DNA of 64,000 nucleotides from Clostridia bacterium (GCA_017415515.1 JAFQGI010000038.1:945-64944); one strand, 5' to 3'; shown: positions 35,303 to 44,517, numbered from the stretch's first letter. The notes: generated by a model from the letters alone, not told the origin. A program made the numbers and translations.

Positions 35303-37051
35303 ATGCCTATGTACAAACGATTGTTGAGGTGTGTGCGGGAGTATAAGCTGCCCACCTTCCTCACCCTCCTGTTCATCAGCCTGGAGGCGGTCATCGAGTG
35401 CTTCATCCCCTTCACCGCTGCCCAGCTGATCAACGACGTACGCGACGGTGCCGGCATGGATATGGTGGTGCGCAACGGCCTCATCCTGATTGCCATGGCT
35501 CTGGCTTCCCTGTGCTGCGGCGGTATCGCCGGCTACACCTGCGCCAAGGCCTCCTGCGGCTTCGCCAAGAATCTGCGTCACGATGTGTTCCAGCGCATCC
35601 AAACCTTCTCTTTTGAGAATATGGATAAGTTCTCCTCCGCCTCGCTGGTGACGCGTATGACCACCGACATCAACAACGCCCAGATGTCCTATATGATGCT
35701 CATCCGCATCGCGGTGCGTGCCCCTCTGTTGCTGATCTTCTCCACCGTGATGGCCTTTGTGATGGGCGGCAAGCTGGCCTTCGCTTTCGTGGTCATCATC
35801 CCCCTGCTGGCAGGTGGCCTGCTGACGGTGGCACGCCACGCCATGCCCGCCTTCCGTCGCGTATTTAAAAAATACGACCGTCTCAACGAGTCCATCGAGG
35901 AGAACGTCCGCGGCATGCGTGTGGTGAAGGGCTTCTCCCGTGAGGAATACGAACGGCAAAAGTTTGACACCGCGTCCGACGACATCCGCAAGGATTTCAC
36001 CAGGGCGGAACGGCTGGTGTCCCTTAACGACCCCCTGATGCGTTTTTGCAGCTATTTCAATATGGTGTTCGTGCTGTTGGTGGGAGCCTTCCTGATCATC
36101 ACCACCAAGGGCGCCGCCATTGACGTGGGCGAGATCTCCGCCATGCTTACCTACGGTATGCAGGTGCTGATGCAGCTGATGATGCTGTCCATGATCTACG
36201 TCACCCTCACCATCTCCGCCGAAGCCATCAAGCGTATCGCCGAGGTGCTGGGCGAGGAATCCACCCTCCACAACCCCGACGAGCCCGTGTATGAAGTCAA
36301 GGACGGCTCCATCCTTTTCCGCAACGTCAGCTTCAAATACTCTGCCACGGCAGAAAATTATGCCCTCTCCGACATCGATTTGGACATTCGATCGGGTATG
36401 ACGGTGGGCATTCTGGGCGGCACCGGTTCCAGCAAATCCACCCTGGTGCAGCTCATCCCCCGCCTCTACGACGTCACCGAGGGTGCCGTTTTGGTGGGCG
36501 GCGTGGACGTGCGGCAGTATGACCTGGACACCCTGCGCGGTGCCGTGGCCATGGTGTTGCAGAAAAACCTGCTGTTCGCCGGCACCATCAAGGATAACCT
36601 GCGCTGGGGCAACCCCAACGCCACCGACGAAGAGCTGATCGAGGCCTGCAAGCTGGCGCAGGCCCACGACTTTGTTTCCTCCTTCCCCGATGGATACGAC
36701 ACCCACATCGAGCAGGGCGGCAGCAACGTCTCCGGCGGTCAAAAGCAGCGCCTGTGCATCGCCCGTGCCCTGCTGAAAAAGCCGAAGATCCTCATTCTGG
36801 ACGACTCCACCAGCGCGGTGGATATGCGCACGGATGCCTTTATCCGTGCCGGCTTCAAGAGCTATATCCCCGAAACCACCAAGATCATCATCGCCCAGCG
36901 TGTGGCGTCCGTGATGGATGCCGACCTGATTCTGATGATGGAGGGCGGTCGCATCGCCGCCGCCGGCAACCACGAGCAGTTGCTTAGCTCCTGCGAGATG
37001 TATCGTGAGATCTATGAGCAGCAGACGAGAGGGGGTGACCGCGATGAGTAA
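35303..37051 (+). CDS. ABC transporter permease/ATP-binding protein (type 1 exporter, heterodimer partner 1)
   Basis: Six-TM domain followed by Walker A GGTGSSKST, signature VSGGQKQRLCIARAL and Walker B ILILDDSTSAVD. Confidence 0.9.
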   Translation: MPMYKRLLRCVREYKLPTFLTLLFISLEAVIECFIPFTAAQLINDVRDGAGMDMVVRNGLILIAMALASLCCGGIAGYTCAKASCGFAKNLRHDVFQRIQTFSFENMDKFSSASLVTRMTTDINNAQMSYMMLIRIAVRAPLLLIFSTVMAFVMGGKLAFAFVVIIPLLAGGLLTVARHAMPAFRRVFKKYDRLNESIEENVRGMRVVKGFSREEYERQKFDTASDDIRKDFTRAERLVSLNDPLMRFCSYFNMVFVLLVGAFLIITTKGAAIDVGEISAMLTYGMQVLMQLMMLSMIYVTLTISAEAIKRIAEVLGEESTLHNPDEPVYEVKDGSILFRNVSFKYSATAENYALSDIDLDIRSGMTVGILGGTGSSKSTLVQLIPRLYDVTEGAVLVGGVDVRQYDLDTLRGAVAMVLQKNLLFAGTIKDNLRWGNPNATDEELIEACKLAQAHDFVSSFPDGYDTHIEQGGSNVSGGQKQRLCIARALLKKPKILILDDSTSAVDMRTDAFIRAGFKSYIPETTKIIIAQRVASVMDADLILMMEGGRIAAAGNHEQLLSSCEMYREIYEQQTRGGDRDE

Positions 37052-38984
37052 ACCTCCTGTGAAAGGTCCCGGTGGACGTGGCCCCATGGGGCCCCGCCCC
37101 AAGGTAAAGAAGGAAACCCTCCCCCGTGTGCTGAAGCTGTTGTATCAGTTTTATCCCAGGCTGATTCCCGTCGTGGTCTTCTGCATCGTCTTTGCCGCCG
37201 TTGTCAACGCCATCCCCTCCATCTTCACCCAAAAGGTGTTGGCGGTCATCGTGGAAAGTCTGGATAACGGCGCCACCTGGGCCGAGGCCTTCCCCAAGAT
37301 CATGCCGCTCATCGGCATTCTCATCGGCCTCTATGTGCTGACCATTATTCTCATCACCGTGCAGACTCAGCTGATGGCCTATATCACCCAGGGCTTCCTC
37401 AGCAAGATGCGGTGCAAGATGTTTGACGGTATGCAAAACCTGCCTATCAAATATTTCGACACCCATAAGCACGGCGATATTATGAGCCATTACACCAACG
37501 ACATCGACACCCTGCGCCAGCTCATTTCCCAATCTCTGCCCAGCCTGTTGCAAGCAGGCATTGTGGTGGTGACGGTGCTGTTCATTATGCTGTATTACAG
37601 CGTGCTGATGACCTTGGTGGTGCTGCTGGGCGTGGTGGCCATGTTCTTTGTTTCCAAAAAGATCGGCGGCGGCTCCGCCAAGTATTTCGTCCGTCAGCAG
37701 CAGGCGGTGGGCCGCACCGAGGGCTTCATCCAAGAGATGATGAACGGCCAGCGTGTGGTCAAGGTGTTCTGCCACGAGGATGAGGCGCAGGAGGACTTTG
37801 ACGCCCTCAACGATCAGTTGTTCCACGACAGCTTCCGCGCCAACGCCTTCGCCAACAGCTTAGGCCCCATCATCATGAACATCGGCAACGTGCTGTACGT
37901 GGCCTGCGCCATGATCGGCGGTCTGTTCTTGGTGGCCAACGTGCCCAACATCAGCTTGTCGGGCCTGAAATTCTCCATCGACATCGTGGTACCTTTCCTC
38001 AATATGACCAAGCAGTTCACCGGTAACGTCAACCAGGTTTCTCAGCAGATCAACCACATCGCCATGGGTCTGGCGGGTGCCGAGCGCCTGTTCGAGCTGA
38101 TGGACGCCGAGCCGGAAGTGGATGACGGCTACGTGACGTTGGTCAACGCCACCGTGGCAGAGGACGGCACCATCACCGAGTGCGCCGAACACACCGGCAC
38201 CTGGGCGTGGAAGCACCCCCACGAGGACGGCACCCTCACCTACACCCTGCTGAAAGGCGACGTGCGCCTCACCGAGGTGGACTTTGCTTACGAAGAGGGC
38301 AAGCCGGTGCTTCACGACGTGTCGGTTTACGCCGAACCGGGCCAAAAGGTGGCCTTTGTCGGCTCCACCGGTGCCGGTAAGACCACCATCACCAACCTGA
38401 TCAACCGCTTCTACGACATCGCAGACGGTAAGGTGCGGTACGACGGCATCAACATCAACAAGATCAAAAAAGCGGATCTGCGCCGCTCTTTGGGCATCGT
38501 GCTGCAGGATACCAATCTGTTCACCGGCACGGTGATGGACAACATCCGCTACGGCAATCTGGACGCCACCGATGAGCAGTGCCGTCAAGCCGCCAAACTG
38601 GCGGGCGCGGACGATTTCATCACCCGTCTGCCAAAGGGCTACGACACCCTGCTGACAAACAACGGCGCCAACCTCTCCCAAGGCCAGCGCCAGCTCATTG
38701 CCATCGCCCGCGCAGCGGTGGCCGACCCGCCCTGTCTCATTCTGGACGAGGCCACCTCCTCCATCGACACCCGCACCGAGGCCATCGTGCAGCGGGGTAT
38801 GGATAAGCTGATGGAGGGTCGCACGGTGTTCGTCATCGCCCACCGCCTGTCCACCATTATGGATTCGGACGTGATTATGGTGCTGGAAAAAGGCCGCATC
38901 ATCGAGCGCGGCAGCCACGAAAGCCTGCTGGCTGAAAAGGGCACCTATTATCAGCTCTACACCGGCGCATTTGAGTTGGAATAA
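37044..38984 (+). CDS. ABC transporter permease/ATP-binding protein (type 1 exporter, heterodimer partner 2)
   Basis: The ATG at 37044 overlaps the upstream gene by 8 nt and follows GAGAGGGGG. Walker A GSTGAGKTT, signature LSQGQRQLIAIARA, Walker B LILDEATSSID. Confidence 0.9.
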   Translation: MSKPPVKGPGGRGPMGPRPKVKKETLPRVLKLLYQFYPRLIPVVVFCIVFAAVVNAIPSIFTQKVLAVIVESLDNGATWAEAFPKIMPLIGILIGLYVLTIILITVQTQLMAYITQGFLSKMRCKMFDGMQNLPIKYFDTHKHGDIMSHYTNDIDTLRQLISQSLPSLLQAGIVVVTVLFIMLYYSVLMTLVVLLGVVAMFFVSKKIGGGSAKYFVRQQQAVGRTEGFIQEMMNGQRVVKVFCHEDEAQEDFDALNDQLFHDSFRANAFANSLGPIIMNIGNVLYVACAMIGGLFLVANVPNISLSGLKFSIDIVVPFLNMTKQFTGNVNQVSQQINHIAMGLAGAERLFELMDAEPEVDDGYVTLVNATVAEDGTITECAEHTGTWAWKHPHEDGTLTYTLLKGDVRLTEVDFAYEEGKPVLHDVSVYAEPGQKVAFVGSTGAGKTTITNLINRFYDIADGKVRYDGININKIKKADLRRSLGIVLQDTNLFTGTVMDNIRYGNLDATDEQCRQAAKLAGADDFITRLPKGYDTLLTNNGANLSQGQRQLIAIARAAVADPPCLILDEATSSIDTRTEAIVQRGMDKLMEGRTVFVIAHRLSTIMDSDVIMVLEKGRIIERGSHESLLAEKGTYYQLYTGAFELE

Positions 38985-38990
38985 CCACAT

Positions 38991-39026
38991 AAAAAAGGAG
39001 CAGCCCTCACGGGTTGCTCCTTTTCT
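38991..39026. terminator. Bidirectional terminator
   Basis: AAAAAAGGAGCAGCCC-tcac-GGGTTGCTCCTTTT. Confidence 0.65.
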
Positions 39027-39031
39027 TTTAT

Positions 39032-39661
39032 TTAGGGTTTGCAGATACCACAGGGAGAATATCCCATATTGATAATTTCCTCCCGACTCATCGTAACATC
39101 TTCGCGATTTTTGGTCGGTAATTTTCTACAGGTAATATAATGAAATTTCTTAGAATCCGTATTTAGCACATATTTTGTTTTTTGTTCTGTAGTTGTAATT
39201 TTCTTCGTTGTTGTAGTCTTTGTCGTAGTGATAATCCTCGTAGTCGTTATCGTCGGAGTTTTCGTGATGGTTGCCCCTTTTGTCGTTGTCACCTTTTGCG
39301 TCGTTATCTTTTTAGTGGTAGAGGTCACATCTTCCGTAACGGACGCTGTGGTGTTTTCAGCCTCCGTAAAGGCAGTCGATACTGTCGTCGTACTGCCCGA
39401 AACAGGAGTCTCCTCCGTCTCTGAAGACTCCGTCATCGGGAATGTGCACAATGTAGCAACCGCCAAAACCAAAGCAAGAATCGGTTTGAGCTTCCCTTTT
39501 ATCCACTTTTTAATCAGGGTTTGCCACTGTTCAATCGGCATCAGTAGTGCAATCGTCAATAAACCAAGCACGGCGGAAAAATGAGGCAAAGAAGCCAACG
39601 CTATCACACCTAAAAACACTACAGCAACCCAAAGCAAGACCTTTTTCATAATTTTCATCAT
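39032..39661 (-). CDS. Membrane-anchored Thr-rich protein with a C-terminal Cys3 (Ada-like) putative zinc-binding motif
   Basis: Two N-terminal TM segments, then a long T-rich spacer (TTTKKITTQKVTTTKGATITKTPTITTTRIITTTKTTTTKKITTTEQK). C-terminus KFHYITCRKLPTKNREDVTMSREEIINMGYSPCGICKP. Low G+C by eye. Confidence 0.7.
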   Translation of the reverse strand: MMKIMKKVLLWVAVVFLGVIALASLPHFSAVLGLLTIALLMPIEQWQTLIKKWIKGKLKPILALVLAVATLCTFPMTESSETEETPVSGSTTTVSTAFTEAENTTASVTEDVTSTTKKITTQKVTTTKGATITKTPTITTTRIITTTKTTTTKKITTTEQKTKYVLNTDSKKFHYITCRKLPTKNREDVTMSREEIINMGYSPCGICKP

Positions 39662-39678
39662 TTTATCGCTCCTAATTC

Positions 39679-39694
39679 GTCCTACTGATAGGAC
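39679..39694. promoter_or_regulatory. Candidate operator palindrome GTCCTA-ctga-TAGGAC in the divergent intergenic region
   Basis: Read directly from the sequence. A second, weaker inverted repeat TTGTC..GACAA lies at about 39726-39744. Confidence 0.3.
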
Positions 39695-39756
39695 ATAATT
39701 TTGTTGATCCTAGTATACACTATTTTTGTCCTAAATCAAGACAAAATGGTGATTTT

Positions 39757-40005
39757 ATGAAAAGAATTTTAGACAATGCTGAACAAGTCAATATGATTGG
39801 CGCTCGCGTGCGTGAGGCACGTATCGCCGCCGGATACAGCCAACAGCAACTCTCTGCCAAATTGGAGTTGATGGCCGTTTATGTGTGCCGCGGCTCTTTG
39901 TCGCGCATCGAGACCGGTGATAGAGCCATCACGGATATAGAAATCGACGCCATTTCCAAGGTGTTGAACGTATCGTTGGATTATTTATTTGGTCGCGAAT
40001 CATAA
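39757..40005 (+). CDS. XRE-family helix-turn-helix transcriptional regulator
   Basis: IGARVREARIAAGYSQQQLSAKLE...SLSRIETGDRAITDIEIDAISKVLNVSLDYLFG. Confidence 0.85.
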   Translation: MKRILDNAEQVNMIGARVREARIAAGYSQQQLSAKLELMAVYVCRGSLSRIETGDRAITDIEIDAISKVLNVSLDYLFGRES

Positions 40006-40036
40006 AAAATCCCCTCCGCATAGGAGGGGATTTTTT
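40005..40036. terminator. Bidirectional terminator
   Basis: AAAAAATCCCCTCC-gcat-AGGAGGGGATTTTTT. Confidence 0.75.
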
Positions 40037-40044
40037 ATTCGTTC

Positions 40045-42594
40045 TTATTTACCGGCTGTGTTATAGCTCTTGCTGACGGAGTCGCCGTAGACCACAACTT
40101 CCTCACCGTCTACCTCAATCACGTAGTAGGGACGGGCAGTAACAACGGTATCCTTGCCTTTCTCAGGGATATCGATGATACGGATGGCAAAGGATACGAC
40201 ATCCGACCTCCATCCCCACAGATGCTTCGCTTCAATATTGATCACAGAAGCGTTGTCCACATTGTCCAGCTCCAACACCGCATCGGCTTGGTTGGACACC
40301 ACGGCGCCCATACGCACCACCTTGTAGCTCTCGCCACTGGCATAAGGCACCACGGAAGCCGAGTTCATCACGTACACGTTGCCGTTCTCCACCTGGCTGC
40401 CACTCACTTTCGCGTTAAAGAGGAAAGCCAGGCCATTCACATCCTCCGAGATGCTGGAGCCGGCATAGGCCATCACCTGCGCAATCTGACGGATGGCGTC
40501 GCAGTCATTGCAATCGGTATCGTTGCCGTTATCGTAGGTGTGATTACCCGTAGCGGCGACCGCCTCGGTATAGCTATTGCCACACACCGCACAGGTGTAG
40601 GTGCGCACGCCCTCCTTGACACAGGTGGGGGCGGTGGTAATCTGAGAGGTATATGCGTGATCCGCAGGCACACGGGTGGCACCGCACAGGTTGCATTCGG
40701 CATCGCAAGCGTTGTCGTACGCATGGGTACAGGGAGCCTTGGTGGCGGTGAAATAGTACAGCGTACCGCTGGCCCGCTTATACAGCGTCAAAGAGCCACC
40801 GGTGGTGGTGGAATAGCAAGCATAGCCATAGGTGCCGTTGCGGCGCAGATTGGCGTTGACACCGTCAGCCTTGTTGCCCACGTTGACAAATTCATAGGCG
40901 CCGTCGCCGGTGACCGTCCACTTACCATAGTCGGTGAGGGTGGTCAGCAAAGCCGCCTTGTTCTTGGTGCCGTTGCCGCCGGCATACGCATCGGCAGAGG
41001 CGTTGTACAGCGTCCAGTAGCTGCCGTTCTTGCCGATATGCCACACCGCGTTGGCGGCAGGATCTTGAATGGTGGCGGAGGTGGTGTCCACATCCACATA
41101 ATTGAAACGGGTGCCGGAGTTAATCTCCGCAATCAGCGCACCACCGTTGTGCACGATGAGATAATCGCCCTCGGTGATCGTACCACTGTAAGGCTCATAG
41201 GTGTTGTTATTCACCACGCCACCCTCTTCGCTACGGGCGTAGAGAGCGTAGAGAGTGACACCTGCAGATACGGTCCACGAGGCACCCGCCGCATAATAGG
41301 TGGGCTCGGTGGTGGTCTCGGTCACCTCGTAGGAGCACCAGCCCAGGAAGGTCTGACCCGCAGGAACAGAGCCGCTGTGGGCAGGCAGCGTGATGGCATC
41401 ACCGACATAGGCCGTTTGCGTGGAGCTGCTGCCCGTCTGCACAAACTGGACAGCCACCTGCTCCCGCTTACCAAAGTTGATGCGCACCGACACGTCGGAG
41501 GAAGGCGCCACGGTAAACTTGTTGCCGTTGCGGGTGACGGTGGCGGTACCGGACAGGATGGTATAACCGGTGGCTTCATAGCCGGTCTTGGGGCTGGCGG
41601 TGATGACGTTGCCGCTCACCGATACGGTGCCGTAATCGGAATTGCTGGTGGAGGCGGTGACGGTATAGCCCGCCGTAGCGCCCTCACCGGAGGGGGAATC
41701 GTAGCCCGCAGGCACCTCCTCGTCAAACAGCAGGAAGGCCAGCTCGGGATAGTCCACGAATACGTTGCGGGTGCCGGTGATGGACTCCACCGAGTCGTTA
41801 CGACCCAGCTCCCAGGTATCCACGGGGTCTTCCTCCATCCATTTGAGCAGGATTTCCTTACTCTCGATGACACCGGAGGAGCCCCACATATAATCCAAAG
41901 CGCCGTCAGCGTAGGAACTACCACCCCAGCAAACGTAGACGTACAGCACCACACGTGCCACGTCGCCGCGCACGCTCTGCCCCAGTTGGTCGGGGTCATA
42001 ATATTTACTGCCTTCACCGTAGGCGGTGTTGCTGCGGCCGGAGTTTTCGCTGACAGAGGCAGGGCGGAGCATCATAATATCGGTCTCACGCTGGGTGTTG
42101 CTGTCGCTGCCGCCGTTACTCTTACTGTTGGGCCAGGTGTGCTCGCGGTTCCAAGTCTTGCCGCTGTCCCAAGAGGGGCCAATGGCGTTGCCGGAATAGA
42201 ACGAGGAAATGGAGCCGCCATTGTTTTCGCAATCGGTATATTGGAACAAACTTCTGGTGGCGTCATAAGACGTGGGGTTATCCAAATTCCCATACATCAG
42301 GCTATGCAGCTCCTCATACAGCGAGCTATACGGGACGCTGCTGGTGGTGGACGAGCCGGACAGGGACGCCAACGCGGCGTATTCCACGCCATTGGTGTCA
42401 TAAAAATCCTCCGCCATGGGCGACAGGAAGGTGGCAAGCTCGTCACGCTCGCCCCAGTTGTAGACGTAGTTGCCGGAATACACGTAGTTGACCGTAGCCG
42501 CCCGAACGGGCACCACGATCAAGCTGGCAAAGACGCTGACCAACAGCATCAGGCTCGCCAACCACGCCAAAGAACGCTTAGTAAACCGTTTCAT
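40045..42594 (-). CDS. Secreted endonuclease I (EndA/Vvn family) fused to Listeria-Bacteroides-type repeats, HC3 knuckles and a conserved C-terminal domain
   Basis: Signal peptide MKRFTKRSLAWLASLMLLVSVFASLIVVPVRAA. Endonuclease I motifs NREHTWPNSKSNGG, DIMMLRPASVSENSGRSN, RGDVARVVLYVYV. FLGWCSYE repeat. CTHAYDNACDAECNLCG / PTCVKEGVRTYTCAVCGNSY / NHTYDNGNDTDCNDCDAIRQI. The last ~145 aa are homologous to the C-terminus of 8439..12422. Confidence 0.85.
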   Translation of the reverse strand: MKRFTKRSLAWLASLMLLVSVFASLIVVPVRAATVNYVYSGNYVYNWGERDELATFLSPMAEDFYDTNGVEYAALASLSGSSTTSSVPYSSLYEELHSLMYGNLDNPTSYDATRSLFQYTDCENNGGSISSFYSGNAIGPSWDSGKTWNREHTWPNSKSNGGSDSNTQRETDIMMLRPASVSENSGRSNTAYGEGSKYYDPDQLGQSVRGDVARVVLYVYVCWGGSSYADGALDYMWGSSGVIESKEILLKWMEEDPVDTWELGRNDSVESITGTRNVFVDYPELAFLLFDEEVPAGYDSPSGEGATAGYTVTASTSNSDYGTVSVSGNVITASPKTGYEATGYTILSGTATVTRNGNKFTVAPSSDVSVRINFGKREQVAVQFVQTGSSSTQTAYVGDAITLPAHSGSVPAGQTFLGWCSYEVTETTTEPTYYAAGASWTVSAGVTLYALYARSEEGGVVNNNTYEPYSGTITEGDYLIVHNGGALIAEINSGTRFNYVDVDTTSATIQDPAANAVWHIGKNGSYWTLYNASADAYAGGNGTKNKAALLTTLTDYGKWTVTGDGAYEFVNVGNKADGVNANLRRNGTYGYACYSTTTGGSLTLYKRASGTLYYFTATKAPCTHAYDNACDAECNLCGATRVPADHAYTSQITTAPTCVKEGVRTYTCAVCGNSYTEAVAATGNHTYDNGNDTDCNDCDAIRQIAQVMAYAGSSISEDVNGLAFLFNAKVSGSQVENGNVYVMNSASVVPYASGESYKVVRMGAVVSNQADAVLELDNVDNASVINIEAKHLWGWRSDVVSFAIRIIDIPEKGKDTVVTARPYYVIEVDGEEVVVYGDSVSKSYNTAGK

Positions 42595-42731
42595 ATAAAT
42601 CTCCTCCGCTTTTATGAATAGAGTAGATATTCCTCTTTACTATCATACACCTCTCGGTGACGATTTACAAGATTTTTTTACAAAAAAGGAAAGCCCGAGG
42701 TCGCCCCCGGACTTTCCCATAGGATACGCCG

Positions 42732-44387
42732 TTATTTCAGCACAACGTCCCAATCAGCCAAATACTGCTGCAAGAGGGCCAGATCCTTGTTGTTGACCTT
42801 GCCGTCATCGTTGACGTCTGCCACGTGGGTGTCGATCGCCACGTCCCAGTCAGACAGATACTGCTGCAAGAGGGCCAAATCCTTGTTGTTCACCTTGCCG
42901 TCACCATTGGCGTCGCCGGGTATGACGACCTCACGCACCGCACCGCAGGTGTTGCAGTCCGCGTCCAAATCGTCGTCATAGCTGTGCCCGATAGCGGGAA
43001 TTGCCACCTGAGCGATCAGGATTTTGCCGCACACGGAACACTGCTCGCCGTCGGTGAGACCGTCCTCTTCACAGGTGGCGGCATAACCCTCCACCACCAC
43101 AGAGGAGTGCCCCAACGCTTCGGTGCGGTCCGACACGTAGCTGTCACCGCACACCGAGCAGGTGTGGGTGGTGTAGCCGCCATTCTCGCAATCGGGGGCG
43201 GTCACCACCGCGTTGTAGCTGTGGGTGATCTCGCGCTCCTCACCGCAAACGTTACAGGCGGCATCGCAAGCGTTGTCATACTTGTGCCCCAAGGCACTCG
43301 CCAATTCTTTGCCGCACACCACACAGGTCTGTGCGTTTTCGCAATCCGCCGCATCCCCGGCGGTGTGACCCAGAGCGGGCACGCGATTGTCCACGCAGCT
43401 ATAACCGCAGGTCAAGCAGGTGTGGGTGGTATAACCGCCGTTTTCGCAATCGGGGGCGGTGACTACAATATCGTACTCATGGCCCGGTGCGGTATCGATA
43501 TCCGTATAGCTGTCGCCGCAGCCGGAGCAAGTGTAGGTACGCGTGCCATCCGTCACGCAGGTGGGATCCACCTTGTCGATCAGGATATAATTGTGGGGTT
43601 CCACAGGTTCGCGGACGAGCCCGCATTTGTTACAATCGGCATCGCACACGCCGCTGTACGTATGATTACCGGTGGCAGGGATGATAACGTACTTGACCTT
43701 GCCGCAATCCCAGCATTTATAGCCATCCGAGCCATCCTCACCGCAGGTGGGCTCCACCGTGCCCATGAAGATATAATTGTGAGCATCCTCACGGATATAG
43801 CCGCAAACGTTGCAATCCTCATCGCAACCATACTCATAGGTATGCGTGCCGGTGGCGGGAAGCGGCTCGGTATAGCTGTCGCCGCAGGCGGAACAGACGT
43901 ACACCTTTTTGCCGTCTGCAATGCAGGTAGGGGCCACGTCTTCGGTCAGCTTATAATCGTGTCCCAGTGCATCCACGCGATTGTCCACATAGCTGTCGCC
44001 GCAGACCGTGCAGGTGTGGATGATATAGCCGCTGTTTTCACAATCGGGGACGATCTCGGTATCTTGGTAATTGTGGGCGGTCTCCCGCACATCGCCGCAG
44101 ACGTTGCAATCGGCGTCACAGGCGTTGTCATAGGTGTGGTCAGCCAAGGGCAACCGGGCATCAGAGCCCGCCACCACCAGACCGCACGCAACGCAGCGCT
44201 CATACGCACCGCATCCGGGAGTGGTGCAGGTGGATTCCACCGCCGCCACCGATTTGGTGGTGCTGTGGGTGCAGGCGTATTCTCCCCAGTTAAACTCATC
44301 GTCGTTGTAGCTCCCCGATGCGCTGACCATCGGCGCCGAGGTCATCAGCAACAACACAGACAAAACGATTGCCAAATACCGTTTCAT
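42732..44387 (-). CDS. Secreted protein made almost entirely of about 14 HC3 (HxY..C..CxxCG) knuckle units, with a C-terminal dockerin-like double repeat
   Basis: Signal peptide MKRYLAIVLSVLLLMTSAPMVSASG. Short units (HTYDNACDADCNVCGDVRE) alternate with long units (HDYKLTEDVAPTCIADGKKVYVCSACGDSY). C-terminus GDANGDGKVNNKDLALLQQYLSDWDV..DVNDDGKVNNKDLALLQQYLADWDV. Confidence 0.85.
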   Translation of the reverse strand: MKRYLAIVLSVLLLMTSAPMVSASGSYNDDEFNWGEYACTHSTTKSVAAVESTCTTPGCGAYERCVACGLVVAGSDARLPLADHTYDNACDADCNVCGDVRETAHNYQDTEIVPDCENSGYIIHTCTVCGDSYVDNRVDALGHDYKLTEDVAPTCIADGKKVYVCSACGDSYTEPLPATGTHTYEYGCDEDCNVCGYIREDAHNYIFMGTVEPTCGEDGSDGYKCWDCGKVKYVIIPATGNHTYSGVCDADCNKCGLVREPVEPHNYILIDKVDPTCVTDGTRTYTCSGCGDSYTDIDTAPGHEYDIVVTAPDCENGGYTTHTCLTCGYSCVDNRVPALGHTAGDAADCENAQTCVVCGKELASALGHKYDNACDAACNVCGEEREITHSYNAVVTAPDCENGGYTTHTCSVCGDSYVSDRTEALGHSSVVVEGYAATCEEDGLTDGEQCSVCGKILIAQVAIPAIGHSYDDDLDADCNTCGAVREVVIPGDANGDGKVNNKDLALLQQYLSDWDVAIDTHVADVNDDGKVNNKDLALLQQYLADWDVVLK

Positions 44388-44471
44388 AGATACTCTCCTT
44401 TAAAGACTGCATCTTAACGCCTAAATTGTACCGCAGTTCGTGAAAATTGTCAACCACAACCCCTCTATAAG

Positions 44472-44502
44472 ACAAGCCCGAGGGCGAAACCCTCGGGCTT
44501 GT
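44472..44502 (-). terminator. Rho-independent terminator
   Basis: ACAAGCCCGAGGG-cgaaa-CCCTCGGGCTTGT. Confidence 0.7.
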
Positions 44503-44517
44503 TGGAAACAGAAAGAA

